DNA of 64,000 bases, taken from positions 352,001-416,000 of the forward strand of contig CAXXKT010000001.1 of assembly GCA_963662405.2 (NCBI GenBank), written 5' to 3'. Origin of the DNA: Syntrophales bacterium (GTDB lineage Bacteria > Desulfobacterota > Syntrophia > Syntrophales > UBA2210). The position numbers and the translations under genes were made by a program. The notes beneath the pieces are model-generated. The model searched no databases and had not been told where the DNA came from. It saw only the letters and a list, made by a program, of their open reading frames with translations. Shown here one piece after another: positions 50,076-62,250 of this stretch (positions are counted from its first letter, which is position 1; every line of letters starts with the position of its first letter).

Positions 50076-50378
50076 ATGAGCAGCGAAGATGGTCGGAGTA
50101 TCGAGTACCAACATGATATGGATTTGGGGTACCGGTATCATGCCTGGAATAATATCCAGCCCGGTGAGACACGCCAAAAAGAGTACTCGGGCATAAGTGC
50201 AGGCTTCTGTTTCAAAAAATTCAGAATCAGGATCAATCAAGAATTTTCAGGTTGCGAGGCGGGAAATCTGGCGAATCGATGGGTTGAGAGAATAGGAACA
50301 TGGTGCGAGAACGTTCATGTGAAAGCCAGACGTGATGGCTGTAATCTCATACTGGAAGTTGAACGTCAAGGCGGGTAG
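50076..50378 (+). CDS. hypothetical protein or gene remnant
   Basis: Open frame only; no recognised motif or clear RBS. Confidence 0.3.
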   Translation: MSSEDGRSIEYQHDMDLGYRYHAWNNIQPGETRQKEYSGISAGFCFKKFRIRINQEFSGCEAGNLANRWVERIGTWCENVHVKARRDGCNLILEVERQGG

Positions 50379-50731
50379 CGAACATTGTGCGCACAATAGG
50401 TGCAAAGTAGCGCAGCAAGGACAACGACCTTTTCCAACAGCCATTATTCGGATCAAGAAATGGTCAGGAATGGGGTACCATCTCCAATTATCCCAGCGAT
50501 TAAAGAACAGGAGGAACAGGTGCCTATTCCCGGTTGCGGCGAAGGGATTACCAAGAACCGTATATCGTGCCATGATTCTTGTGTTGACCTGTATGTCGAC
50601 TTCTTTTATTTTTCTTTCTTAAAATAAATTGTTCTGCTAGAAAGGCAGGCACTTGCAGCGGGAAGGAAACGTCCACAATGATTCCTTCAGACGTGCTACT
50701 GTCTGCTTCTTGAGCATTTAAAGGTTTTCTC

Positions 50732-51742
50732 ATGGGTAAAAAACCAACATATTCCGAACTGGAACAAAGAATCATAGTGCTCGAAGGAACGCTGAAAGAA
50801 ACCCGGCGTCTCCAGGCAAAGCTCAAGGAGAGTGAGGTCAAATATCGCTTTCTTGTGGAACATATGCGTGATACCGTCTGGACTCTCGATATACAGGACA
50901 TGAAACCCACCTATGTGGGACAAGCCAGCGAAAAAGTCCTGGGGTTCACCCCGGAGGAGCGGTTGAATCAGCACCTGTCTGAGATGGTGACACCGGAAAC
51001 GTATGCACGGCTCATGGAGGTCCTGACCGGCGAACTGGCGAAAGAAGGGTCAACCGATCCCGACAGATCCATCGTCATCGAGATGGAATATTATCATAAG
51101 GATGGCGGCACCCGCTGGCTGGAGAACAGGGTGAATGCAATTCGCGATGACGGCGGCGCCATAGTGGGGCTTCACGGCGTCTCGCGGGATATCACGGAGC
51201 GCAAACGAACGGAAGATGCTCTGCGGGATAGTGAACGGATATACCGTGAACTCAGTACCATTGATATGCTCACACAGCTGTACAATCTTCGACAGTTTGA
51301 TATTCAGATCAAGATCGAAACGGATCGGTCAAACCGTTATGACCAGCCCCTAACCCTTCTTTTTCTTGATCTCGATGACTTTAAGACATTCAACGATGCC
51401 TACGGCCATATCGAGGGAGACAAAGTACTCCAACGCGTCGGCGAGGAGATCAAAGAGTGCCTGCGCGAGACGGATTTTGCGTATCGCTATGGCGGAGAAG
51501 AATTTACCGTTATCCTGCCGATGACGACACAAGCCGACGGCGTTACGATAGCCGAAAGAATCCGCACGAGGATCAAGGAAGCGGATTTTTCCCCGTCACC
51601 GGGCCAGACCGTTCGCATGACGGTAAGCATCGGTGTGACGCAGTACAAAGGGCAAGAGGAGATAAAGGCCTTTATTCAGCGGGCCGACCGATTGATGTAC
51701 CAGGGGAAGGAACGGGGGAAAGATCGGGTCTGTGGTGAATGA
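50732..51742 (+). CDS. PAS-GGDEF diguanylate cyclase
   Basis: PAS/PAC (RDITERK), RETD I-site, GGEEF. Confidence 0.92.
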   Translation: MGKKPTYSELEQRIIVLEGTLKETRRLQAKLKESEVKYRFLVEHMRDTVWTLDIQDMKPTYVGQASEKVLGFTPEERLNQHLSEMVTPETYARLMEVLTGELAKEGSTDPDRSIVIEMEYYHKDGGTRWLENRVNAIRDDGGAIVGLHGVSRDITERKRTEDALRDSERIYRELSTIDMLTQLYNLRQFDIQIKIETDRSNRYDQPLTLLFLDLDDFKTFNDAYGHIEGDKVLQRVGEEIKECLRETDFAYRYGGEEFTVILPMTTQADGVTIAERIRTRIKEADFSPSPGQTVRMTVSIGVTQYKGQEEIKAFIQRADRLMYQGKERGKDRVCGE

Positions 51743-51945
51743 GAGGAAACACCCCTTTACAGGGTGCGATGCATGGGGGCGATGTCTCCTGTCTGTGCGG
51801 ATCTTCGTTCCTACCGTTGTCTTTCTCGCCGTAACCGTGGAATAACCGTTCATGTCCGTTTTGCTCCCGCCACAAGCGTATGTTTCCCATCGGAGAAATG
51901 CCTGGGGCGCCGGCACACGTTATCCTTTCCTGTTGAATCCATCCC

Positions 51946-52551
51946 CTATCTGGTCAGGTAGCCGCTGAGGTGTTTCTGTATCATCTGCTCGTATCCGAAG
52001 TAGAAATGATCGGCCCCGCAGACGATCTCAAGTCTGCACCCCACCTGCCGGGTTATCGTTTCCAATGAAGGGAGGGGGCAGAACTGGTCCCGGTCACCGC
52101 AGATGATGAGGCCGCATTTCCCGGCGAGGGGCGAAAAGTCGAAGGAAACGAAATCGATGGGTGGCGAGACCATGACGACATCGGACAGGCCGTCATATCC
52201 GGCGAGGAATCGCGAATTGACCCATGCCCCGAAGGAATAACCCGCCAGGATTATGTCGTCCGCGCCCTTCTCTTTCAGGAAGGAAATGGCTCCTCCGACA
52301 TCGTCCTGCTCACCCACACCGTCGTCGAAACGGCCTTCGCTTCTCCCCACACCTCTGAAATTAAACCGCAGGGTTGCATAACCATGATCGTAAAAAGAGG
52401 ACACAAGGGCATCAACGACGTTGTTCTCCATGCTCCCCCCCATCAGGGGATGGGGATGGGTCACGACCACGCCTTTGGAACCGCATCCCGAGGCATAGAG
52501 CCCCTCAATGGTCAATCCTCCGCTTTCAAATACAGTCTGTTCTTCCTTCAT
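51946..52551 (-). CDS. alpha/beta hydrolase
   Basis: HPHPLMGGSM, FNFRGVGRS, GYSFG, ADHF. Confidence 0.9.
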   Translation of the reverse strand: MKEEQTVFESGGLTIEGLYASGCGSKGVVVTHPHPLMGGSMENNVVDALVSSFYDHGYATLRFNFRGVGRSEGRFDDGVGEQDDVGGAISFLKEKGADDIILAGYSFGAWVNSRFLAGYDGLSDVVMVSPPIDFVSFDFSPLAGKCGLIICGDRDQFCPLPSLETITRQVGCRLEIVCGADHFYFGYEQMIQKHLSGYLTR

Positions 52552-52608
52552 TTCCGTCGTGTCTCACGCGGGATCTATTGCTTCACATGCGTTTCCTATA
52601 CCGTACGC

Positions 52609-52959
52609 TCAGAAACCGGCCTCGGCCAGCTCCCGATCGACCCGGTCTGCGTCTCCGATGTTATACTGTACCAGTTTTTTCAAATGGAAAAAGCCGGTTT
52701 CGTCAACACCGGTCAAGGCAAGGGCTATCCCCTCATCATCGCTTCGCACGATGGTCGCCCGGGCGGTGATCGTCGCCTCGGGACTCAAGACAATTTGAAT
52801 ATCGGCGGCCTCACCCATCTTGATCCTTTTATCAGGTCTGCATAACATACCGTTCATGCTGATATTTTCCGTTTCCAGTAGCAGGGATTCCCGCCCCCTT
52901 GTCACCATTACGTCAAAATGCACCGAAGTCCTTGATCTCCTTCTTTTTTCCATTGTCAT
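52609..52959 (-). CDS. PilZ-domain protein
   Basis: EKRRRSR (RxxxR) and NISMNG (D/NxSxxG). Confidence 0.9.
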   Translation of the reverse strand: MTMEKRRRSRTSVHFDVMVTRGRESLLLETENISMNGMLCRPDKRIKMGEAADIQIVLSPEATITARATIVRSDDEGIALALTGVDETGFFHLKKLVQYNIGDADRVDRELAEAGF

Positions 52960-53387
52960 GACGCCTCCTTCTCCGGTCTTGTACATATACGAAACACCCC
53001 CTCAAGCACTAAAGCTCCATTGCGATATCCTGTCAAGAAATATTACCGCAACGAGAGCCAAAGAACAGCGAACCGGACAGGCAGCGTTCGGTACCATTTT
53101 GATGGCCATCCCGAAAAGAGAATAAGGAAAAGTCGAATCGATTGGAAAAAATCCTATGACGGATTTCGATATGACAATAGACACAGGCAAACCCGCGGGA
53201 GGACCAACAGGGATCTCAAAAGAATTCACTCTGAGACAATTCCCAAAGGATGGAGGAGATCCTGCAAAAATCATATCATATTGACCGAATCTGAGAAACG
53301 TGTTACTTGATCCAAGTAGCGGGGGATACGGATGTTCCATCAAAGATGGTGGTGTTATAAGGGAGGGGAGAGGTTTATCGAGATCGG

Positions 53388-54119
53388 ATGAAAAGAGGTC
53401 ACCTGACAGCAATATTCTTGAGATCTCTATCTATTCAAGCTTCATGGAGTTTCAGGGGAATGCAGAATGTGGGCTTTGCCTATTCCCTGATTCCGTTTGT
53501 CAAGTCCGGAGGTGACAAAGAATGGATCTCCGGGATATTGACCCGGCATATATGCCCCTTTAATTCTCATCCCTATCTCACGGGGGCAATCATCGGTTCG
53601 GTGACACGACTGGAGGAGGAGGCGGTCACAAGTCCTGACCGTTATCCCGATGCCGTCCGACGGAAAGAAGCACTGATGGCCCCCTATGCCGCGGTGGGAG
53701 ATCCCTTCTTCTGGGGAGGGCTCAAACCCTTTTCCGCGGTGCTCGGCGTTCTCCTTGCCCTTGAAGGGCTTATCGTTGCCCCTCTCTTGTTTTTCCTGCT
53801 CTATAATTCTGTCCATATCTGGATACGTGTAAACGGTTTCATTGAGGGGTATCGTGATGGAAACGGAGCAATCGGCTTTCTGGGGAAACTCGGTCTGCCT
53901 CATAAAACCAGGGTGCTCAAATGGGGTACAACCGTGCTCCTCGCCATTTTGAGTGTAATTTTTCTTGATTCCTCTTTTTCATCAGCAGAGATTCCCTGGG
54001 GCTTCACCCTCGGAGGAACCTGTGCCGTGGTCCTCCTGTGTTCATGGCTGGTGAGTAAAGGGGTATCCTCACTTGCGATGCTGTATGGAGCGGCTCTCGT
54101 GTTTGTGGTGGTTGCGTAG
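53388..54119 (+). CDS. PTS mannose/fructose/sorbose family IID component
   Basis: QASWSFRGMQNVGF, FNSHPY, AAVGDPFFW. Confidence 0.88.
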   Translation: MKRGHLTAIFLRSLSIQASWSFRGMQNVGFAYSLIPFVKSGGDKEWISGILTRHICPFNSHPYLTGAIIGSVTRLEEEAVTSPDRYPDAVRRKEALMAPYAAVGDPFFWGGLKPFSAVLGVLLALEGLIVAPLLFFLLYNSVHIWIRVNGFIEGYRDGNGAIGFLGKLGLPHKTRVLKWGTTVLLAILSVIFLDSSFSSAEIPWGFTLGGTCAVVLLCSWLVSKGVSSLAMLYGAALVFVVVA

Positions 54120-54120
54120 G

Positions 54121-54390
54121 ATGAAAAGGGTAAAAACATTCACCTTAAAAAATAAGCTGGGACTCCACGCGCGGGCTGCCGCCAAGATCGTGGACGTATT
54201 GTGCCGACACAAGTCGACAGTCTTTCTTGCGAAAGATGGAGAAAAGATTGACGGCAGGAGTATCCTTGAGATATTGACCCTTGCCTGCCCCATAGGGAGT
54301 CAGATCACCATCGAGGCCGAAGGGCGGGACGCGGATGATGTCATGGGGGAAATTGAGAAGCTCATCGAGGGCAAGTTCGGAGAAGAATAA
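54121..54390 (+). CDS. ptsH: phosphocarrier HPr
   Basis: GLHARAA, GRSIL. Confidence 0.93.
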   Translation: MKRVKTFTLKNKLGLHARAAAKIVDVLCRHKSTVFLAKDGEKIDGRSILEILTLACPIGSQITIEAEGRDADDVMGEIEKLIEGKFGEE

Positions 54391-56175
54391 GTGAGTGAAA
54401 GTGAACTGAAGACGATAGCCGCTTTGAAAGGGATCGGGGTGTCTCCGGGGATCGTGATCGGGCATGCCTATGCCATGGACCACCAGGATATCAAAGAAAC
54501 ACTCTATAAATTGGATAACGGTCGATTTGTTGCCAAGGAAATAAAACGGTTCAAAAAAGCCCTTAAGGACTCAAAGCAGGAACTGCTGGACATCAAGAAG
54601 GACATCGGAAATCGTAAGGGAATCGGCCCGCTTCTTATCGATGTCTATATCATGATACTCGAAGACAAAACCCTCGTCGACACAACTATACAAAACATCG
54701 AGAATCATCGTGTTAACGCCGAATGGGCATTGAAGATGACCATATCCGGTCATCGGCAGATATTCGATGCAATTGAAGACGATTATCTGAGGGATCGCAT
54801 CAGAGATCTGGAATATGTAGGGCAACGAATCCTGAGAAACCTGTCCGGAAAGGCCATCGAGAGGATCTCCGATATCGAAGGAGAGGTGGTCATCGTCGCG
54901 CGAGATCTCTCGCCTGCCGATACGGTGCAGATGACAACCGGCAAGATACTGGGGTTTGCGACCGACATGGGCGGGAAAACCTCCCACACCGCGATTGTGG
55001 CGAAATCGATAGAGATCCCGGCAGTTGTGGGACTGGAAAAAGTGACCAGAGAGGTGAGCACCGGTGATCTGATCATCGTTGACGGGACGGCGGGGGTTGT
55101 CATCGTCAATCCCGACCCGGAAGTCATCAAACGATACGAAGACAAAAAACGGCACTACCTCGCCATGGAAGAGGATATGCTCAAGAACGCTCACCTCCCC
55201 GCCATAACGGCGGATGGCCATAGTGTGGGCGTCGGAGCCAATATAGAATTCGTCGAGGAGATTCCCTCCGCTGTCTTTCACGGCGCCAACGGTGTGGGGC
55301 TGTACCGGACGGAATTCCTCTACATCAACAAAAAATCGCTCCCCACTGAAGAGGGACACTTCGCAAACTATAAGAAGGTGATAGAGGGGGAAGGAATTAA
55401 GTGGGCAACCATCAGGACCTTTGATCTGGGAGGGGACAAATTCATCTCCGATGCCGGATTGGCCGAAGAAATGAACCCGGTAATGGGGCTCCGGGCAATC
55501 AGATTCTGTCTTCAGGAGGTAGAGCTCTTCAAGGTCCAGTTGCGGGCGATATTGCGCGCCAGCGCTTACGGCAATACCGGCATTCTGCTCCCCATGATTT
55601 CAGGTATCCAGGAGCTGATCGATGCACGGAAGATCATCGACGAGGTCAAAGAAGATTTGACGGCCGCCGATATCCCCATCGATCATCATATCAAAATAGG
55701 CGTCATGATTGAAGTGCCCTCTGCAGTGATATTGGCGGATCGATTGGCGGAGCAGGTCGACTTCTTCAGTATCGGCACCAACGACCTGATACAATATGCC
55801 CTGGCGATCGACCGTGTCAACGAGCGGGTCACCTACCTGTACGAACCCCTCCATCCCGCTGTTTTGATGATGCTCAGGCAAACCGTCGAGGCGGGGCATC
55901 GGGCCGGCATCAAGGTGGCGATGTGCGGTGAAATGGCGGGCGACCCACTGTGTACCGCTATCTTGCTGGGGCTGAAACTGGACGGGCTGAGCATGACCCC
56001 GCTGGCTATTCCTCGCGTCAAGAAGATAATCCGTAATTCGACGGTCGCGGAATCGGCAAAGCTCCTCGAGACGGTCATGGACTTTTCCACGGCCCGTGAG
56101 ATCGAACAATATGTAAAAGACTATATGATCCGGATGTTCCCCGAATGTTGCCCCGTACACTGGCAGGCAGACTGA
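54391..56175 (+). CDS. ptsI: PEP-protein phosphotransferase (enzyme I)
   Basis: GGKTSHTAI, GLYRTEF, SIGTNDL, CGEMAG. Confidence 0.95.
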   Translation: MSESELKTIAALKGIGVSPGIVIGHAYAMDHQDIKETLYKLDNGRFVAKEIKRFKKALKDSKQELLDIKKDIGNRKGIGPLLIDVYIMILEDKTLVDTTIQNIENHRVNAEWALKMTISGHRQIFDAIEDDYLRDRIRDLEYVGQRILRNLSGKAIERISDIEGEVVIVARDLSPADTVQMTTGKILGFATDMGGKTSHTAIVAKSIEIPAVVGLEKVTREVSTGDLIIVDGTAGVVIVNPDPEVIKRYEDKKRHYLAMEEDMLKNAHLPAITADGHSVGVGANIEFVEEIPSAVFHGANGVGLYRTEFLYINKKSLPTEEGHFANYKKVIEGEGIKWATIRTFDLGGDKFISDAGLAEEMNPVMGLRAIRFCLQEVELFKVQLRAILRASAYGNTGILLPMISGIQELIDARKIIDEVKEDLTAADIPIDHHIKIGVMIEVPSAVILADRLAEQVDFFSIGTNDLIQYALAIDRVNERVTYLYEPLHPAVLMMLRQTVEAGHRAGIKVAMCGEMAGDPLCTAILLGLKLDGLSMTPLAIPRVKKIIRNSTVAESAKLLETVMDFSTAREIEQYVKDYMIRMFPECCPVHWQAD

Positions 56176-56206
56176 GAAGGGCAGGACGGAAAATAGGCAG
56201 AGTGCA

Positions 56207-58807
56207 GTGATGAGATCGAAGTGGCAACGATTCGGCAGGCAGGTTGGCGAATACTACAACGGATTTCTGTATGAAGAGAAGAAATCGCCCTTGTTCCGCC
56301 TCCTGGCCAGGACCTTGTCCAAAGCAAAAGCCGACGAAGAAGACCTGGAACGACTGAAATCCCTCTCTCATCAAGGGGTCGTTGTACATGCCCTGAAGAA
56401 TAAGAGCCAGCTGAACTGTCTGATTCTTCGAAATGTTTTTATCAGAGGGGGTGTCCCGCAGCCTGTCTATTGTCACCATATCAACATGCTTCTCTGGCAG
56501 CCCTTTCGGGATGCCGTGCGGGCGATCATATCGCAATGGTTTTACAATCCCTTTTTTAATAACTATCTGAAAAGAATAACAAAGAAAAAACAAAGCTCCG
56601 TGATATACCTCCGGGGCTCGGCATTTCTCGGGACTCAAAGCGGGAAAGATCCTCTCGGGCAACTAATCGACGCACAGAGGGAAATGGATGTGCCGATTTT
56701 TCTCGTGCCTCAGCTTGTCGCCTATGGGCGCAGACGGGAGAAAAAGGATAAGGGCCTGGCGGATCTTCTCTTCAGCCAGACAGAAAATCCCGGGACACTG
56801 CGACGGATCATAACCTTTTTCAGGTACCACCATAAGGCGTTCATCGTCTCCTCTCAACCGGTTAATCTCTCTGAATTTTTGGAAATTCATAGAGGCAAGC
56901 CCCGGGAAACCATCGGCTATCTCCTGAGACGAGAACTCATCGACAAAATCGATACGGAAAAGAGGGCCATTGTCGGTCCCGTTATCAAGTCGAGAGAGGA
57001 GATTGTCGAGATAGCCCTGAGAGACCCGAACTTGATACGGTTCATGGAGGAAATGGCGGCAAACGGCAAAGAGGGGTATGACGCCGTCGTTGACAAGGCG
57101 AAGAGGTATCTCCTTGAGATAGCTGCGGGGTGCAATGAAACGTACATTGGATTCGCGGACCGAGCGCTCACCTGGCTGTGGAACAATATATATGACGGTG
57201 TGATTGTGGACAAGGAAGGGCTTGCCCGGATGAGAGAGGTGGCAAAGAAGATGCCCTTCGTCGTAATCCCCTGCCATCGCAGCCATATAGACTATCTCCT
57301 AATTCACTATGTCTTTTACTACAACAACATACAGCTCCCCTTCATCGCCGCCGGTGCCAACCTCAGCTTCTGGCCCATGGGTCACTTTTTCAGGAGTATC
57401 GGAGCCTTTTTTATCAGGAGAACCATCGGCGGCAATGCCCTGTATGGGGAGGCCCTGGCCAAATATATCAAGACACTCCTCGCAGAAGGGCTCCCCATAG
57501 AATTCTTTATTGAGGGGGGGAGAAGTCGTACCGGAAAGATGGTGATGCCGAAATACGGACTCTTCTCGATGATTATGCAGGCATATCGAGAATCGAACTT
57601 CGAAGATCTGGCCATTATTCCGGTCTTTGTCGGATATGACCGGGTGGTGGAAGAAAAATCGTACCTGAAGGAACTGGAAGGAGGCGGCAAGGAAAAAGAG
57701 AAGATATTTTCTCTCCTCAAGAGCATCAATGTCCTCAAAAAACGGTACGGACGGGTCTACATGAATGTGGGGGAACCAATGCTCCTCAAGTCATATCTTG
57801 CCGCTCAGGAAACCCCTATTGAAGAGATGACCCTTTCCGAGAGAAGAGCGCTCTACCGGATGATGGGATACGAGGTAGTGAATGAAATCAACGCGGTGTC
57901 CGTTGTGACGCCCTCTTCCCTTGTCGCCGCGGGGCTGCTGGCCTACTACCGGCGAGGGATCTCTCATGACGACCTGATGGACATCCTCGATGAATTTTAT
58001 AGATATCTCGAACACGTAGGGGTCCGGTTCTCGTCAACCTTTGTGAACAGAGAGCGGGCCGTGGGCGACGCCTTGAGCATGTTCGAATCCTCCGGTCTCA
58101 TATCGAAAATGGGGCCCGACGAGGAAGACGAGGAGGACGAACTTGCCGAGACGATATACTCCGTTGATGAAAACAAGAGACTGAATCTTGAATATTATAA
58201 AAACAACATACTCCATTCCTTTGTCTCGTTCGCCTTCGTCTCACTCTCGATCCTCTCGGGGCCGGGCAGCAGAATACCGCTTCCCGAGGTAATGGAAGAT
58301 TACACCTTCTTTAAGACTCTCTTTATGGACGAATTCATCTATGACAACAGGAGAAATGATCGTGAAGAGGTCCAGCGGGTTATCTCGTACGCGCGCGGCA
58401 GAGAACTGCTTGTCGTCCATGAAAATGTCGATGGGGAGGTATCCTTCGAGGCAACCGGGAAGGGACAGGTCTTCCTTCCCGCATTCGCCGGACTTGTTCA
58501 AAACTATCTTGAATCGTACTGGATTGCGTCCCGAGGATGTGTCTACCTGAAAAATAAGGGACGACAGGAAAAAGAGCTGCTCAAGAAGATCCAGAAACTC
58601 GGCGTCAAGATGTACAAGAAGGGGGAACTTTCCAAGATGGAATCCCTCTCCCAGGCAAATTACAAAAACGCCCTGAAGTTCCTGAGAGACTCCGGCGCGA
58701 TATCCCTGTCCACCGACGAAGACGGAGAGAGCACACGAACCCTTTCCCTGGCTGACAACGGACGCCTGGAACCCCTGAGGCGGAAGTTGTTCAAGTTTAT
58801 GAGATAG
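56207..58807 (+). CDS. plsB: glycerol-3-phosphate acyltransferase
   Basis: HRSHIDY, FFIRR, FIEGGRSRTGK. Confidence 0.88.
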   Translation: MMRSKWQRFGRQVGEYYNGFLYEEKKSPLFRLLARTLSKAKADEEDLERLKSLSHQGVVVHALKNKSQLNCLILRNVFIRGGVPQPVYCHHINMLLWQPFRDAVRAIISQWFYNPFFNNYLKRITKKKQSSVIYLRGSAFLGTQSGKDPLGQLIDAQREMDVPIFLVPQLVAYGRRREKKDKGLADLLFSQTENPGTLRRIITFFRYHHKAFIVSSQPVNLSEFLEIHRGKPRETIGYLLRRELIDKIDTEKRAIVGPVIKSREEIVEIALRDPNLIRFMEEMAANGKEGYDAVVDKAKRYLLEIAAGCNETYIGFADRALTWLWNNIYDGVIVDKEGLARMREVAKKMPFVVIPCHRSHIDYLLIHYVFYYNNIQLPFIAAGANLSFWPMGHFFRSIGAFFIRRTIGGNALYGEALAKYIKTLLAEGLPIEFFIEGGRSRTGKMVMPKYGLFSMIMQAYRESNFEDLAIIPVFVGYDRVVEEKSYLKELEGGGKEKEKIFSLLKSINVLKKRYGRVYMNVGEPMLLKSYLAAQETPIEEMTLSERRALYRMMGYEVVNEINAVSVVTPSSLVAAGLLAYYRRGISHDDLMDILDEFYRYLEHVGVRFSSTFVNRERAVGDALSMFESSGLISKMGPDEEDEEDELAETIYSVDENKRLNLEYYKNNILHSFVSFAFVSLSILSGPGSRIPLPEVMEDYTFFKTLFMDEFIYDNRRNDREEVQRVISYARGRELLVVHENVDGEVSFEATGKGQVFLPAFAGLVQNYLESYWIASRGCVYLKNKGRQEKELLKKIQKLGVKMYKKGELSKMESLSQANYKNALKFLRDSGAISLSTDEDGESTRTLSLADNGRLEPLRRKLFKFMR

Positions 58808-58857
58808 GAAGGCAGGGTTCAGGCCATGCCAATTGCAACCCAAACCCTGCCTCGCAT

Positions 58858-60348
<1,491 letters not shown>

Positions 60349-60351
60349 GGA

Positions 60352-60663
60352 TTAACCGATCCCGCGCACCTGATTCACCATCGATTGCGAGAATTCATCT
60401 ATCTTTCCCGAAGAGGCGGATCGGATTCCGGCGGATGCCTTGCGCGATTTTTCGATCTTTTTCTGGGCCCCCTCTTGCGCCTCTGAGATGATCCGGTCAC
60501 GCTCACCCTTGAACGTGTCGACGAGCAATTCCCCTGACGTGATCTCCCGTGCCTTCTTATTGGCCTCTTCCAGGATCCCCCGCGCCTCTGCCCGAGCCGC
60601 CTCTATCAGCTTTTCGGCTTCTTTCTCTATCTCTTTGATCGTATCGCGTATCTCTACCGGCAT
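60352..60663 (-). CDS. A/V-type ATP synthase subunit G/H
   Basis: IKEIEKEAEKLIEAARAEA coiled coil; operon context. Confidence 0.7.
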   Translation of the reverse strand: MPVEIRDTIKEIEKEAEKLIEAARAEARGILEEANKKAREITSGELLVDTFKGERDRIISEAQEGAQKKIEKSRKASAGIRSASSGKIDEFSQSMVNQVRGIG

Positions 60664-60674
60664 AGTTATTCTCC

Positions 60675-61130
60675 TTATACGGTCCCCTTCCCTTTCGCGA
60701 GTTCCCCATATTGTTGGGTGGTGATGTAGATACCGTGATCGAAAATACGGATGGTCTTGTTGATTGTTTCAACCGCCTGCCGGTGATCCATGGCACTCAG
60801 GAACGGCTCCTGAAAATCGGCATAGAGCCACATGTGCCTCCTCATCATGATGAGGGCATAAAGTGTCTCATGGAGCGGAATCTCGTGCTGATAACTGACT
60901 TCCGCATACTCTGAAAAATATTTTCGCACCTCAGTGTAGGGCTTCTCACTGAAATACATCGTGATCAGATTTTTGTAAAAGAAGCCTGCCCTCTTGAGCA
61001 GTTCCTCTTCAGAGAAGTTGCTGAATGAAGCAGTCCGGGGGTTTTGCCTTACGGCGTTGCACCACTGCTGCGCGATTTCTCTTCGGTGGTTTTCCAGGAC
61101 ATTGATCAGTCTGTCTGCGAATACTTTCAT
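60675..61130 (-). CDS. all-helical RsbRD_N-like hypothetical protein
   Basis: LENHRREIAQQW..YA..IPLHE..AL...RRHMW pattern. Confidence 0.6.
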   Translation of the reverse strand: MKVFADRLINVLENHRREIAQQWCNAVRQNPRTASFSNFSEEELLKRAGFFYKNLITMYFSEKPYTEVRKYFSEYAEVSYQHEIPLHETLYALIMMRRHMWLYADFQEPFLSAMDHRQAVETINKTIRIFDHGIYITTQQYGELAKGKGTV

Positions 61131-61170
61131 GGCGAGCCCTCCCTTTCGTATTAGTGTATTGCCGTATTCC

Positions 61171-61596
61171 TCATGCGGTGAAGACATACTGCGTGGTCGT
61201 CTTCAACACCCTCCTCAGCACCTGTAACTGCGGTTTAAAAATCGTTATCGCATCGGACTTCCAGGATACGGGCATCTCCAATATCCGTGAGAATATCTTT
61301 GCTTCAGTCCCCGTTTTCGACCGCACCACCAAGCGATCCCTGCGAGATTCCACCTCTATTATGATCGGCAGGAAAAGTCCCTCTTTATCTTTATTTTCTA
61401 CTATCTGTGCCAGATACTCAAGCTCTTTTTTCTTAAAAACATGCCTGCTTCCGTCACCACATGCAACATGGGGCCGTTCCTCTTCCAGCAATTCGCTCAG
61501 CGTCTTGCGCCTCCGGGGGAGATGTGCGTTGAATTCCTTCATATTGCCCGCGAGGCAACTCTCGAATATTCCGTCCACACCCGGCTTAATACGCAT
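61171..61596 (-). CDS. DUF61/UPF0216-like protein
   Basis: NAHLPRRRKTLSELLEEERP..DGSRHVF..LPIIIE..TTTQY. Confidence 0.7.
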   Translation of the reverse strand: MRIKPGVDGIFESCLAGNMKEFNAHLPRRRKTLSELLEEERPHVACGDGSRHVFKKKELEYLAQIVENKDKEGLFLPIIIEVESRRDRLVVRSKTGTEAKIFSRILEMPVSWKSDAITIFKPQLQVLRRVLKTTTQYVFTA

Positions 61597-62236
61597 ATGC
61601 CTCTCTCTGCTCGATCAATAATTTGACATATTTAAGTCGGGCTGTCTCCTCTCGGTCCCGCTCCTCAAATTTCATCGTCAGGTACTTGATAGTGACTTCG
61701 AGTCCCGGAATGACGATATATTCGAGCCCATTGTTAACCCTTTTGACCTTGTTGATTTCAGACCCCAGGAGCTCCAGGGAATTCTGCAGTTCCGCCAGTT
61801 CGATCGTGGTTTTCAGACACTGACGTGAGAGAGCGGTACTGTTGTCCACCAACGCGGAAGTCTCCGATGTAGTCCTGACGATCGTCCCTGGTGTCTGCAG
61901 ATCTTCCACTTCGAGAACGGGAATCCTGACACCCGCAACATTCCGGGTTCCCGTCCCGATCTTGAGGGTCATCCTGGAGTCGAGCAGTTCCTTTTCCAGT
62001 AACGCATATCCATGATATCCCGTCGTGACCGAAAGGTTCCGGTAGGCCTCCTTGTACTCAGCGAGGAGACGCTCCTTGACCGAGGAACATTCCTTAACGG
62101 TGTCAAGAAATTCCATGATCAGGATGGAAAGCCGGTCCTTGACAATCTTCTGAATCCTCGTGGCGAGCTTCAGACGACGTTTCAGACGGGAGAGTTCGAT
62201 CTTTGTCGGTCGTGTGACCTGAACCTTTGTTGACAT
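61586..62236 (-). CDS. A/V-type ATP synthase subunit D
   Basis: PTKIEL, NVAGVRIP, KRVNNGLEYIVIP. Confidence 0.88.
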   Translation of the reverse strand: MSTKVQVTRPTKIELSRLKRRLKLATRIQKIVKDRLSILIMEFLDTVKECSSVKERLLAEYKEAYRNLSVTTGYHGYALLEKELLDSRMTLKIGTGTRNVAGVRIPVLEVEDLQTPGTIVRTTSETSALVDNSTALSRQCLKTTIELAELQNSLELLGSEINKVKRVNNGLEYIVIPGLEVTIKYLTMKFEERDREETARLKYVKLLIEQREAYAY

Positions 62237-62250
62237 GGCACCTCTCTTGC

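Noticed and set aside
50640..50660. sigma54-like GGCA..TTGC before the PAS-GGDEF gene
   Set aside because: GG-to-GC spacing is 9 nt rather than the required 10
53180..53230. GGCAAACC, possible c-di-GMP-I riboswitch
   Set aside because: Lacks the GNRA-capped stem and downstream GACGCAAAG/receptor elements
53002..53412. ORFs upstream of PTS IID as a possible IIC
   Set aside because: No IIC-like hydrophobic pattern or motif recognised in the listed ORFs
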